DNA of 44,489 bases from Phycisphaera mikurensis (lineage in GTDB: Bacteria > Planctomycetota > Phycisphaerae > UBA1845). A program made the position numbers and the translations under genes. The stretch lies in contig SBAX01000414.1 of assembly GCA_005240095.1 (NCBI GenBank), forward strand, positions 1 through 44,489. The letters run 5' to 3'. Shown one piece after another: positions 16,554-26,679 of the stretch. The notes beneath the pieces are model-generated. The model ran no database searches. It had not been told where the DNA came from and was given only the letters and a program-made list of their open reading frames with translations. The number at the start of each line of letters is the position of its first letter. Positions within the stretch are counted from its first letter, which is position 1.

Positions 16554-19335
16554 ATGAAGCCGTTCAAGTTGTTTGTCGGTATTGGGGGGTGTTGCGCCCT
16601 TTGGTCGGGTGGCGCGGCCCGAGCCCTAGCGGCCGGCAACGTGGCAGGATGCACGGCGGTCGATCCGTGCGCAGCATCCGCCACACTCACCGGATCGATG
16701 GCCCTTCCCAACGACCACTTTGGACGCTCGCTGGCGATTGGTGCAGACGTGATGGTCGTAGGCACGCCCGATGCGGACTGCGCCCGAGGTTTACAGTGCG
16801 GAGAGGCATACGTTTTAACGTGGGACGGCTCAACCTGGTTTGAAGCCGCGCGGCTAACGGCGCCGTCACCACAAAATGTAGGCAAGTTTGGCTGGTCCGT
16901 CGCGGTTCACGGTGGCATCGTGGTAGTCGGCACTCCGAATGAGTTCTGTGCGTCTTCCCTTAGGACCTTGTGCGGGGCTGCCTACGTGTTCCGTCACAAC
17001 GGAGCAACCTGGGCGCAGGACGCCCAACTTCGTGCTCCCGATCAACAAACGGCAGCAAACTTCGGCTACGCCGTCGCTGCGGGGCAGGACGTGATCTTGG
17101 TCAGCGCACCGTCGCGAAGCGCCGTGTACGTATTCCGATACGATGGCGCAGCATGGACCGAGGACCAGAGGATTGACGTACCTTCAGGGCTTGTGGGTTC
17201 TGGCTTCGGCAACGCCATGGCTATCCAGTGGCGCCGCGGCGTTGATCGGTGAGCCGGGCAACAACGCAACTCACATTTATCGGGATGACGGCACCGACTG
17301 GCAACTCGAACAGTCCATTTTTCCGGACGACTTGGCGAATGCTTCCAACTTCGGGATCGCTGTGGCCATCGACGGCCCAACCGCGGTCATTGGGGCGAGC
17401 GCTCGAGATTGTGCAGCCGGGACGGATTGCGGAGTGGCATACGTGTATCGGTTCGACGGATCCCTGTGGAACGCGGAAGCCACACTGGTGGCGCCTGACG
17501 CAGCCCCCGACGATCGGTTCGGCGGGGCCGTCTCAGTACTTGGCGATCTGGCCCTGATCGGTAACAGCTGCCAGTTCAGTTGCGGCGGCAGCGGCGCATA
17601 CCTGTTCCGGCACGACTTGGGGGTCTGGGCCGTGGTCGAGAAAGTCCAAGCGGCGTCCACGGGATTCGGTTCGTCCGTGGCGGTGCGAACCGACCAGCTC
17701 CTTGTCGGCGCCTATGCGGCGGGCATTGTGTTTGTCTACTCCCTGGCGGCGACGGCTCCCGACTGCGACTGCGACAGCACGAGCAATGCTTGCGAGATAG
17801 TCCGCGAAGGTGCGCCGGACTGCAACGGCAATAGCGTGCAGGACGATTGCGACGTTGCCGACGGGACCAGTCCGGACTGTAACGCCAATGGCACTCCCGA
17901 CGAATGTGACGTCGCCCGCGAAACCAGTCCGGACTGCAACGCCAACTCTACTCCCGATGAATGCGACGTCGCCGAGGGCAGCAGCCCGGACTGTAACGCC
18001 AACTCTACTCCCGATGAATGCGACGTCGCCGACGGGACGAGCACCGACGCCAACGACAACGATGTCCCTGACGAGTGCGACACCCACACTCCGCCGTTTG
18101 TCATCGAGCATCCCGAGGATGTGACGGCATGCGGTCCTGAAACGGTGGTCTTCAAAGTCAAGGGCGGGGGGATGCAGCCGCTGTCTTACCAGTGGCGGAA
18201 GGACACCGTCGATCTTGCAGGGGAGGAGGCCGATACGTTGGCGCTCAGCGGCGTCAGCCAGGCAGACGCAGGCGACTACGATGTCGTCGTGACCAACGAT
18301 CTGGGTTCAACGATCAGCGATCCCGCGACGCTTTCGTTCGCTGTACTTGGCGATGTTGCTCCCGAACCCACCGTCGTGCCCAAGAACCGCTACCTCTCGT
18401 TCATTGCGCCGCCGACGCCTTGTCGGGCAGCGATTCGCGTGCGTCTTCTTTCGCTTCAACATCCCAATCCGCCTAACGTGGACTGCTGCCCGCCGCCGGA
18501 TTTCTCGGGCTATGAAGAGGGTCCAACCTGCACGGACCCGGCAGGCTGCGTGCGCTGGGTGGGCGAGCCTCGAAGGTACCTTGAAGTGCAGGAACTTCCG
18601 GGGTACGGCACCTTCCAGGCCGCCCGCCTGCAGTGCACGCCATACTATCGCGATTGGAGTGACGTGGGGTATTTCTCGGTAACCGGCGCGGAGATCGTGC
18701 CCAGCTCGGTGTACGAGGTTGAGATGCTGGCCGCAAGCTGCCAAGGCATTGAGGAAACCTGCGCGGAAGTGTCTGCCCCGCTGGAGATTGCAACCGCTCG
18801 ATGGGGCGACATCGCCGAGCGGCGCAATCCACCGTTCACGGGCAGTCAGCCCGATGCCATTGACATCGTCTGGTTGATCAACAAGTTCAAGGCCGCACCG
18901 GGTGCCTTGAGCAATACGGTTGTGCAACTCCGGCCGAACGTGCCGGACATCAACTCCGACCCCAACGCTCTGGACGTTGCCTCGTGCGTGGATGCCTTCA
19001 AAAGCAGGGCGTATCCGTTCAGTGGTCCGTGCCCGTGCCCCTCAGATGTGCCGTGCGAGACGACAGCGTGCGCCACCAGTGCAAGCTGCATTGGCGCATA
19101 CGGAGCGGGCGCCCTGTGTGTGCGGACCTGCGCACCCGGCAGCCCGCGGGAAGGAGAGATCTGCACGCAAAACAAACATTGCGGGGCCTGCCTCGGGGGG
19201 ACGAATGCCGGGGCCACATGCAACCCCAACTCGTGTTGGCAGGGGAATTGCTGCCCGGGCGGCGGTACGTGCGCGCCGGGGACTTGTGGGGCCCAGGGCT
19301 ACTGCCGCGACCGCTGCGGGCGGTGCGCGCCGTAA
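16554..19335 (+). pseudogene. Secreted FG-GAP propeller / DCNxN-repeat / Ig-domain surface protein, frameshifted (+1 C at ~17226; real or sequencing error)
   Basis: GAGGAG RBS, ATG 16554. Frame 1 reads to ...GFGNAMAI, then after an extra C frame 2 reads SGAAALIGEPG...; colinear with the intact paralog at 19356. Confidence 0.8.
17761..18081 (+). repeat. 57-bp (19-aa) coding tandem repeat, 6 units, DCNxNxxPDECD type
   Basis: Units start at 17761, 17818, 17875, 17932, 17989, 18046. Confidence 0.9.
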
Positions 19336-19355
19336 GGGGTAAGGAGGAAGAAGTC

Positions 19356-22091
19356 ATGCGCAAGCGACTATTCACGGGGCGGATGGTCATGATCGTGGGC
19401 TTGGTCTTGGGGATTCGCGGTGTCGCTTACGCTGAGTCTCCGGGAGGCGTAGCGGGATGCGTCGCGGTGGAGTACTGCGCGGAAACGGCGAAGCTGACCG
19501 GCTCGATGACTCTGCCCAACGACCATTTCGGGCGAAGTCTGGCTGTCCATGGCGACGTGATGCTGGTGGGAACGCCCGATGCGAACTGCAGCCAGGGCCC
19601 GCAGTGCGGAGAGGCATACTTCTTCGCCTGGGACGGCGCGGCGTGGTCTGAAACCGCGAGGTTCACCGCTCCCGCGCCGCAAAACATCGGCAAGTACGGT
19701 TGGTCCGTGGCCGTACATGGCGACCTGGCGGTGATCGGTATGCCCAATCAGCGGTGCACCTCCGTATTCTCCAACTGCGGTGGAGCGCATGTCCTTCGCT
19801 ACGACGGAGTGAGTTGGGTGCCGGAAGCGGAGCTTCGCGCTTCCGATCAGGAGCCGGGGGATGAATTCGGCTATGCGGTGGCCGCCGGGGAGGACGTGAT
19901 TCTCATCGGCGCACCGTATCAGGTGGGGGTTGCCGGGCTCGGCGCCGTTTACGTGTTTCGATACGACGGCGTCGGGTGGGTGGAAGACCAGAGGATCGAC
20001 GCGCCCGCCGGGCATGAAACCTTCCGGTTCGGCGACTCGGTGGCCTTGAGCGGCGTCGCCGCGGTGATCGGAGAATCGAACAACAAGGCCACGACCCTAG
20101 TCGCTCACGGGGCGGCCTACATCTATCGCGACGATGGGGACAACTGGCAAATCGAACAAACGCTTCTTCCGGACGACCTGTCCGATGCATCCCAATTCGG
20201 CATTGCCGTGGGCCTAGACGGCACCGCCGCGATCGTCGGAGCGAGCAGTCGGGACTGTGCCGCCGGAAGCGCCTGCGGGGCGGCATATGTGTATCGATTC
20301 GACGGTGCGCTCTGGAACGCGGAAGCCACGCTGTCGGCGCCGGATGCGGCGACCAACGACATGTTCGGGGCGGCCGTGGCTGTGCTGGGGGACCGGGCGC
20401 TGATCGGCGCCAGCGGGGATAGTTGCGGTAGTTTCGGTTGCGGCGCCGCGTACGTGTTCGGGTATGCGCTGGGCGTCTGGTCAGAAGAACAAAAGGTGCT
20501 TCCGGCCGCAAGACAGGCTTCTGCATTTTTCGGCATTTCGACGGCTCTGCGAGCGGACCAACTGGCGGTGGGCGCCACCGGCGACAACTGCGCGGCGGGC
20601 ATGCCGTGTGGCGCCGTGTTCGTGTATTCCTTCGGAGCGACCAGCGCGGACTGCGATTGCGACGGCGTGACCGATCTGTGCGAGGTGGCCGTGGAGGGCG
20701 CCGTGGACTGCAACGACAACTCGGTTCAAGACGACTGCGATGTTGCCGACGGGACCAGCCCTGATTGTAACGCGAACACCGATCCGGATGAGTGCGACGT
20801 CGCCGCAGGCGCCAGCACGGACGTCAACGGCAACGGTGTTCCCGACGAATGCGACACGACCCTGCCGCCGTTCATCATCGAGCACCCGGCCGGCGACGAG
20901 GTGTGTGAAGGAGATGATGCTACGTTCACCGTGGTAGCCGGCGGAATGCCTCCTTTCACGTACCAATGGCGGCACGACGGCATGGACCTCACCGGCGAGA
21001 CCGCGGACACGCTCGTGCTGATGAACGTTCAGGCCACAGATGGCGGTGACTACGACGTCGTCGTCAGCAACGACCTGGGATCGGTGACCAGCGACCCCGC
21101 CAGCCTTGTCGTCGCCGCAGACACAGACTTGATTCTCCAGCCCGACCCGAGCGGCATTCCTCACACCCGCTTCCTGACCTTTGTGCCGCCGCAGATTCCG
21201 TGCGCGGCGGCACTACGTGTGGTTATGGTCGATCTGCAGACGCCCAATCCTCCTAACCATGCGTGCTGTCCACCTCCCAACTTTGGTGCCTACGAAGCGG
21301 GGACCTGTGCCGCGGCAGGCGAACTGGAAGGCTGCGCGCGATGGGTGGGGCAGCCGCGCAAGTACCTCGAAGCGCAAGAGCTGCCGGGCTATGGCAACTA
21401 CTGGGCGGCGCGCTTGCAGTGTACGCCGCACTATCAGGACTGGAGGGGTGCGAATCCCCTTTCCGTCACGGGAGCGGAGATTGTGCCCAGCTCTTCCTAC
21501 ACCGTGCAGGCGGTGAGCATCCATTGTCTTGGCAACGAGGCCAATTGTGCCGAGGTTTCCACGGACCTTCCGATCTCCACGCCGCGGGCGGGTGACGTCG
21601 TCGCCTCGTTCCAGAGCCCCGAGGGGCCTCTCAACCAGCCCAACGCGATCGACATCGTGGGTGTGGTCAACAACTTCAGGAAGCTAACCGGCGCCCCCAA
21701 ACACGTCGAGGCCCAGGTTCGGCCGGACCTGCCGAACCTCAACCGTGACGTGGACGCTCTGGACATGCAGGCCGTCGTCGCCAACGTCAAACTGGGGGCG
21801 TATCCGTTCAGCGGTCCGTGTCCGTGCCCGTCGACGGTGACGTGCGGCACGGCCTGCAGCGGTAGCATGCCTTGCTTTGGCGGCAATCTGTGCATGCAGA
21901 CGTGCTCGGCCGGTCCGCGCATGGGCGAGTTCTGTACTTCGAACAGGCACTGCGGCACGTGCGTAGGCGGCTCGCGCGACGGCATCCCCTGCGACTCCAA
22001 TGCATTCTGCGGGACCGGTAGCACGTGCGCCACAGGCACTTGCGCTACTCAGGGCTACTGCCGCGACCGGTGCGGGCGCTGCACGCCGTAG
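19356..22091 (+). CDS. Secreted FG-GAP propeller / DCNxN-repeat / Ig-domain surface protein with Cys-rich C-terminus (911 aa)
   Basis: AAGGAGG RBS; signal peptide ..GVAYA-E; 7 FG-GAP-type blades; 4 DCNxN repeats; Ig I-set-like 'YQWRHDG..DGGDYDVVVSN'; ends CRDRCGRCTP. Confidence 0.9.
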   Translation: MRKRLFTGRMVMIVGLVLGIRGVAYAESPGGVAGCVAVEYCAETAKLTGSMTLPNDHFGRSLAVHGDVMLVGTPDANCSQGPQCGEAYFFAWDGAAWSETARFTAPAPQNIGKYGWSVAVHGDLAVIGMPNQRCTSVFSNCGGAHVLRYDGVSWVPEAELRASDQEPGDEFGYAVAAGEDVILIGAPYQVGVAGLGAVYVFRYDGVGWVEDQRIDAPAGHETFRFGDSVALSGVAAVIGESNNKATTLVAHGAAYIYRDDGDNWQIEQTLLPDDLSDASQFGIAVGLDGTAAIVGASSRDCAAGSACGAAYVYRFDGALWNAEATLSAPDAATNDMFGAAVAVLGDRALIGASGDSCGSFGCGAAYVFGYALGVWSEEQKVLPAARQASAFFGISTALRADQLAVGATGDNCAAGMPCGAVFVYSFGATSADCDCDGVTDLCEVAVEGAVDCNDNSVQDDCDVADGTSPDCNANTDPDECDVAAGASTDVNGNGVPDECDTTLPPFIIEHPAGDEVCEGDDATFTVVAGGMPPFTYQWRHDGMDLTGETADTLVLMNVQATDGGDYDVVVSNDLGSVTSDPASLVVAADTDLILQPDPSGIPHTRFLTFVPPQIPCAAALRVVMVDLQTPNPPNHACCPPPNFGAYEAGTCAAAGELEGCARWVGQPRKYLEAQELPGYGNYWAARLQCTPHYQDWRGANPLSVTGAEIVPSSSYTVQAVSIHCLGNEANCAEVSTDLPISTPRAGDVVASFQSPEGPLNQPNAIDIVGVVNNFRKLTGAPKHVEAQVRPDLPNLNRDVDALDMQAVVANVKLGAYPFSGPCPCPSTVTCGTACSGSMPCFGGNLCMQTCSAGPRMGEFCTSNRHCGTCVGGSRDGIPCDSNAFCGTGSTCATGTCATQGYCRDRCGRCTP
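20649..20855 (+). repeat. 57-bp coding tandem repeat, 4 units
   Basis: DCDCDGVTDLCE / DCNDNSVQDDCD / DCNANTDPDECD / DVNGNGVPDECD. Confidence 0.85.
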
Positions 22092-22184
22092 CGGGGGGCG
22101 AGCTGCCCTTCGTTTCTCGTAGACTCCTTTGACGGTAGAATAGGGCCGTTGTCGCTACTTGCCGTGGGAAAAGCGAAGCTGCCA

Positions 22185-22937
22185 ATGGCCAACCATCCCA
22201 AACGTCCCCCGCCCCATGCGGACGAGACCTGGCGTGTCTTCCGGATCATGTCGGAGTTCGTCGACGGGTTCGAGACCATGGCCGGCGTGCCGCAGGCGGT
22301 GTCGGTGTTCGGTTCTGCGCGGAGCGAGCCGGGCGACCCCTACTACGCGCTGGCCGAGCAGCTCGGGGCGGAGCTGGCCCGCAAGGGCTTCGCGGTGATC
22401 ACCGGGGGCGGCCCGGGGATCATGGAGGCGGCCAACAAGGGGGCCTTCGAGGCGGGCGGTGTGAGCGTGGGGCTGAACATCTTCCTGCCCGTCGAGCAGC
22501 TGGCTAACCGCTATCAGAACGTCACCCTGGATTTCCGCTATTTCTTCTGCCGCAAGGTCATGTTCGTGAAGTACGCGGTGGCGTTCGTCTGTTTTCCGGG
22601 CGGCTTCGGCACGCTGGATGAGTTTTTCGAGGCCATGACCCTCATCCAGACGGGGAAGGCCGACCCCTTCCCGGTGATCCTGATCGGCACGGAGTACTGG
22701 TCCGGGCTGCTGGGTTGGATGCAGGAGCAGCTTGCCGTCCGGCACGCTTACGTGGGGGAGACGGACCTGAACATCTGCGAGGTGACCGACGACGTGAAGT
22801 GGGCGGTGCAGCGTATCGCGGAGCGGTCGGCGGAGCGCGTGAAGGCCCAGGCCGCGGCGGCGCGGACGGGGGCTCTGACGGCCGAGGGCACGCTGGCGGG
22901 TTCGCAGCCTCAACGCAAGCCCGGGGTGGCGGACTAG
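22185..22937 (+). CDS. LOG family (TIGR00730) nucleotide phosphoribohydrolase
   Basis: VSVFGSAR, TGGGPGIMEAANKGA, RKVMFVKY, PGGFGTLDE motifs. Confidence 0.95.
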   Translation: MANHPKRPPPHADETWRVFRIMSEFVDGFETMAGVPQAVSVFGSARSEPGDPYYALAEQLGAELARKGFAVITGGGPGIMEAANKGAFEAGGVSVGLNIFLPVEQLANRYQNVTLDFRYFFCRKVMFVKYAVAFVCFPGGFGTLDEFFEAMTLIQTGKADPFPVILIGTEYWSGLLGWMQEQLAVRHAYVGETDLNICEVTDDVKWAVQRIAERSAERVKAQAAAARTGALTAEGTLAGSQPQRKPGVAD

Positions 22938-22997
22938 AGTTTAAGCCCCGGGGACGACGCGCCGGTCTCTGCGCGTCGCCGGGAATAGGGCGTTCGA

Positions 22998-23034
22998 CCC
23001 TCACCCCAACCCTCTCCCTTGGAGGGAGAGGGGG
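22998..23034 (+). repeat. REP-like family B copy
   Basis: CCCTCACCCCAACCCTCTCCCTTGGAGGGAGAGGGGG. Confidence 0.85.
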
Positions 23035-23167
23035 CTATTCCATCTGTTTATCTCATCCGCCCGTGCGGGCGTCGTCGGCACTACGGCTTTCCCTGCGTCA
23101 CCGTGCGGTTTGCTTCGTATAAGCCTGCAGGCAATACTGTTTGACAACTTTCGAATGACAGGAAGCG

Positions 23168-23196
23168 TTGTCTGCGCGGGTGGGTGCGGCTAGAAT
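23168..23196 (+). promoter_or_regulatory. Putative sigma70 promoter of the ABC operon
   Basis: TTGTCT-N17-TAGAAT. Confidence 0.5.
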
Positions 23197-23293
23197 GCGG
23201 AAGTCCAATGGGCCGTTTCGGAAGATGACCGGCAGCGGCTCAGCGGCGATTCAACGAGTCCGCTCCCTATCCACCCCTGGGGCTGGCGAGTCC

Positions 23294-25738
23294 ATGCAGA
23301 ACTGGTGCCTTTCTTCAAATCGCCGCCGCTTGGCGCTGGGGCTTGGAGCCCTGGTCATGGCGGTAGGGGGGCACGCCTTGGCTGCGGTGGAGGTCAACGT
23401 CACCCACGTAGGCTTCCCCGGTGTGGGCGCAGGGAACCTGATCCGGGCAGGGGCGTGGATTCCGGTGATCGTGGACGTGGCCCTGACCAACGAGGCCTCG
23501 TTCGACGGTGCCATCCGCGTGGCACAACTCGACGGCGACGGGGACGAGTGCTTTGACGAAGTGGAGCTGCACCTGCGGGCGGATACGGGAGGGGCGCGGC
23601 GTGTCTTCCTCTTCGTGCCCGCGAATCCCCGAGGGACATCCGGTCGGTTTGCGGTGGAGGTGCGCGCCGAGGACGGGGAGGCCGTGCGGGTGGTATCGCA
23701 GGGGGAGCGGACCTTCCAGGCGATGCCCGGCCGGCAGCCGGAGGTGATCGGCGAGGATGACGTTCTCATCCTGCTCGTCTCTTCGACGGCGATGGGGCGG
23801 CTCAGCAACATCGTCGGAGCCGATTTCCGGGATCATTTCATTCACCCTTTGCATCTGGCCCACGTCAGCCCCGCGGACCTGCCCGAATTGTGGATCGGGT
23901 TGGACGCGGTGGACTATGTGATCTGGGACGACGCCAAGCCGGAGGAGCTGACCCCGCGGCAACTCGAGAGCCTGCTGGATTGGACGCGGCAGGGGGGCAC
24001 GTTGCTCGTTGCGGCTTCGCGCTCGGCCGGGAGCTTGAGGCTGAGCAAGGCGCTGGAACCGGTCCTTCCGGTGGAGCTGGGTGAGTTGATCAGCGTCGAG
24101 AACCTGCCCGAGGTGCGCCGGACGGTTCTGGACGCGCCCAAGGACGCGGCCGATTTCACGCCCGCTCGTCCATGGGAGACGATCCCCTTTGTCGAGCCAG
24201 TTCCGCTCGTCCGCACCACGCGGCGGGGGGACGCGCAGATCGTGACCAATGAGTCGTCGATCGACTCAGATGTTGTGGTCCGCGGAAGACTCGGGGCCGG
24301 GCAGGTCATTTCCATGGGCATCACCCTGCAGGACCTGCTCAGCGGGCCCGGCGGGCTGGACAAGTTCTTTACCCATGTCCTGCGGATTCGGGCAAGCGAC
24401 CGCGCCGACGGCGGGCGGGTGGTGCCCAATCCGCTGTTGTTCGACAGGGTGGTGAGCGCGGTGTCGTTCGCGACGTCGAGCAGTGTGTATTTGCTGGTGG
24501 CCGCGCTGTTCTCGGTTGCCTATGCCCTGGCCGCGACGCTGGGCACATGGAAGGTGCTGGGGATCCGGGGATGGCAGAATCATAGCTGGTCGGCGTTCGC
24601 GGGCGTGGCGGTTGTGGCCAGCACCGCCAGCCTGGTGATGGTCGGGTGGATGCATGGATTCGGCGACCGTCTGCACCAGATCGCGATCATCGATGCGGCA
24701 GCCGGCGAAACCACCGGCCATGCGACGGCGTTCTTCGGACTCAAGACGAGCATCGACAAGGAAGTCGACGTGTGGTTGCCGTCGGACTGGGTCGGTGCGC
24801 GGGAGCCGGACGCAACCACGTGCTTCCTGCGGCCGCTGCCGGAAGGCGGCCAGGCCGGCGACGTGGGCACGAGCTTTGCTGATCCGGACGAGTATCGGCT
24901 CTCACCCGCCTCCTCGTTGATCGACGATGTGCGGGTCCGCGGCACGCTCAAGCGCTTTGAAGGGCGCTGGGACGGGCCCATCGGCGGCAAGGTGCACGGG
25001 AAGATCGTGGTTGCCGGCACCATGATCTCCAAGGACAGCTACATCATCAACGAACTCGGCGTGACGCTGACGAATTGTTTTCTGCTGCAGCCGGTGCTGA
25101 ATATCGGGGATACCGCCGTGGGTCGTGACCAAGCGATCTACGCGTTTCCGATCGGCGACATTCCTTCAGACCCCTCCGCCAAGGTGCCTGTGTACGACCT
25201 GTGCTATCGCACGACGCGCGGCGAGAAGATCAAGGACATCAAAGGGCGTAACGTGCTGGAGAAAAGGCACGTCGAATGGAGCGCTCCATTCCAGGGAATA
25301 CTCAGCGCCCTGGCATATGGGAGTTCCTCGCAGAGCAGTTTCGCGGCCGGTGACGAGCAGGACGCGCTGCTGCTCCTCTCGACCCTGGGAGAGTTTGACG
25401 CGGACACGATTTCGCAGCGGGCGGTCGACTGGGGCGCCCCGCAGACGTGGTCGCGCGACCGCATGCGGCGGCTCGACTTGCGGCAGCATCTGCACGCCGG
25501 ACTTTCGGCCGACAAGCGTTTCGGTCCTCAGCCGGGCTGCGTCGTGTTGGTGGGGTTTGCACGCGGACCGGGCCCGATTCGCCTATTCGCCCGCACCGGG
25601 CAGCGGGATTTCCGCCCGGTGAAGCCGGACGAGAACGCCTCCTGGTGTATGTATCGCATTCGCATTCCCACCACGCGCCTGGCGAGCGCGGCGGATGCAG
25701 AGGACGAAGAGGCGATGACGCCCGGCGTAGCGCCGTAG
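23294..25738 (+). CDS. Large membrane-anchored accessory protein of the ABC operon (glutamine-amidotransferase-like middle domain)
   Basis: Signal peptide ..GHALA-A; 'LDAVDYVIWDD..LLDWTRQGGTLLV'; two central TM helices; start uncertain. Confidence 0.75.
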   Translation: MQNWCLSSNRRRLALGLGALVMAVGGHALAAVEVNVTHVGFPGVGAGNLIRAGAWIPVIVDVALTNEASFDGAIRVAQLDGDGDECFDEVELHLRADTGGARRVFLFVPANPRGTSGRFAVEVRAEDGEAVRVVSQGERTFQAMPGRQPEVIGEDDVLILLVSSTAMGRLSNIVGADFRDHFIHPLHLAHVSPADLPELWIGLDAVDYVIWDDAKPEELTPRQLESLLDWTRQGGTLLVAASRSAGSLRLSKALEPVLPVELGELISVENLPEVRRTVLDAPKDAADFTPARPWETIPFVEPVPLVRTTRRGDAQIVTNESSIDSDVVVRGRLGAGQVISMGITLQDLLSGPGGLDKFFTHVLRIRASDRADGGRVVPNPLLFDRVVSAVSFATSSSVYLLVAALFSVAYALAATLGTWKVLGIRGWQNHSWSAFAGVAVVASTASLVMVGWMHGFGDRLHQIAIIDAAAGETTGHATAFFGLKTSIDKEVDVWLPSDWVGAREPDATTCFLRPLPEGGQAGDVGTSFADPDEYRLSPASSLIDDVRVRGTLKRFEGRWDGPIGGKVHGKIVVAGTMISKDSYIINELGVTLTNCFLLQPVLNIGDTAVGRDQAIYAFPIGDIPSDPSAKVPVYDLCYRTTRGEKIKDIKGRNVLEKRHVEWSAPFQGILSALAYGSSSQSSFAAGDEQDALLLLSTLGEFDADTISQRAVDWGAPQTWSRDRMRRLDLRQHLHAGLSADKRFGPQPGCVVLVGFARGPGPIRLFARTGQRDFRPVKPDENASWCMYRIRIPTTRLASAADAEDEEAMTPGVAP

Positions 25739-25749
25739 AGGATACTACC

Positions 25750-26679
25750 TTGATCGTACAGACCATCAATCTCACCAAGAAATACGGCAAGCTCGTGGCT
25801 CTGAATAACCTTCAGTTGCAGATCGAGGAAGGGGAATGCTTCGGGTATATCGGGCCCAATGGCGCCGGCAAGACCACGACGATCAAGATTCTGGCGACGC
25901 TCCTCCAGCCGACCTGGGGTGAGGCCCGGGTCTGCGGGCATGTGGTGGGATATGAGTCGCGGAAGATCCGCCCGCTCATCGGTTACGTGCCGGACTTCTT
26001 CGGGGCCTACGAGGACATGGTCGTGCAGGAATACCTGGAATTCTTCGCGAGTGCCTACAGCATCACCGGCAAGCAACGGGCGCGGGTAGTCAATGACGTG
26101 CTGGAATTGACGGATCTGAGTTTCAAGAAAGACGCTCTGGTGGATTCACTGTCACGGGGCATGCAGCAGCGGCTGAGTGTGGCCCGGGTGCTGCTGCACG
26201 ATCCGAAAGTCCTTCTGCTCGACGAGCCGGCCAGCGGACTGGATCCTCGAGCGCGGATCGAAATGCGCGAACTGCTTAAGGAACTGCGGCGGATGGGAAA
26301 AACCATCATCATCAGTTCCCACATTCTGCACGAACTGGCCGAGCTTTGCACCACTGTGGGCATCATCGAGCAGGGACAACTGCTCTTCCACGGATCCATT
26401 CAGGAGATCATCCGGCGAGTCAAGACGGGCACGAAACTGCACGTGCGTGTCGTGGAGCAACAGGATTTGGCGGCACTCTTGCTGCAGCGGACTCGCGGGG
26501 TCAAGAGCGTAGATCAGGTGGACGGCCGGATTATCGTCGAACTGGATCATCAGACACACGATTTCACCGGTATTGCCCGCGCCCTCCTCGACAACAACTT
26601 CCGCGTGCAGGAGTTAAAGGAAGAGGAAGTCAATCTCGAGACGGCATTCATGCGCTTGACGAAGGGACTGGTACAGTGA
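25750..26679 (+). CDS. ABC transporter ATP-binding protein (ABC-2 type)
   Basis: TTG start with GAGGA RBS; GPNGAGKTT, LSRGMQQR, LLLDEPASGLDP, SSHIL. Confidence 0.95.
   Translation: MIVQTINLTKKYGKLVALNNLQLQIEEGECFGYIGPNGAGKTTTIKILATLLQPTWGEARVCGHVVGYESRKIRPLIGYVPDFFGAYEDMVVQEYLEFFASAYSITGKQRARVVNDVLELTDLSFKKDALVDSLSRGMQQRLSVARVLLHDPKVLLLDEPASGLDPRARIEMRELLKELRRMGKTIIISSHILHELAELCTTVGIIEQGQLLFHGSIQEIIRRVKTGTKLHVRVVEQQDLAALLLQRTRGVKSVDQVDGRIIVELDHQTHDFTGIARALLDNNFRVQELKEEEVNLETAFMRLTKGLVQ

Noticed and set aside
16418-16885. N-terminal extension of the sigma54 regulator ORF
   Set aside because: Overlaps the divergent FG-GAP gene; the REC domain starts at ATG 16417
17761-18081. Possible CRISPR array
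   Set aside because: In-frame 57-bp coding repeats without unique spacers; no cas genes
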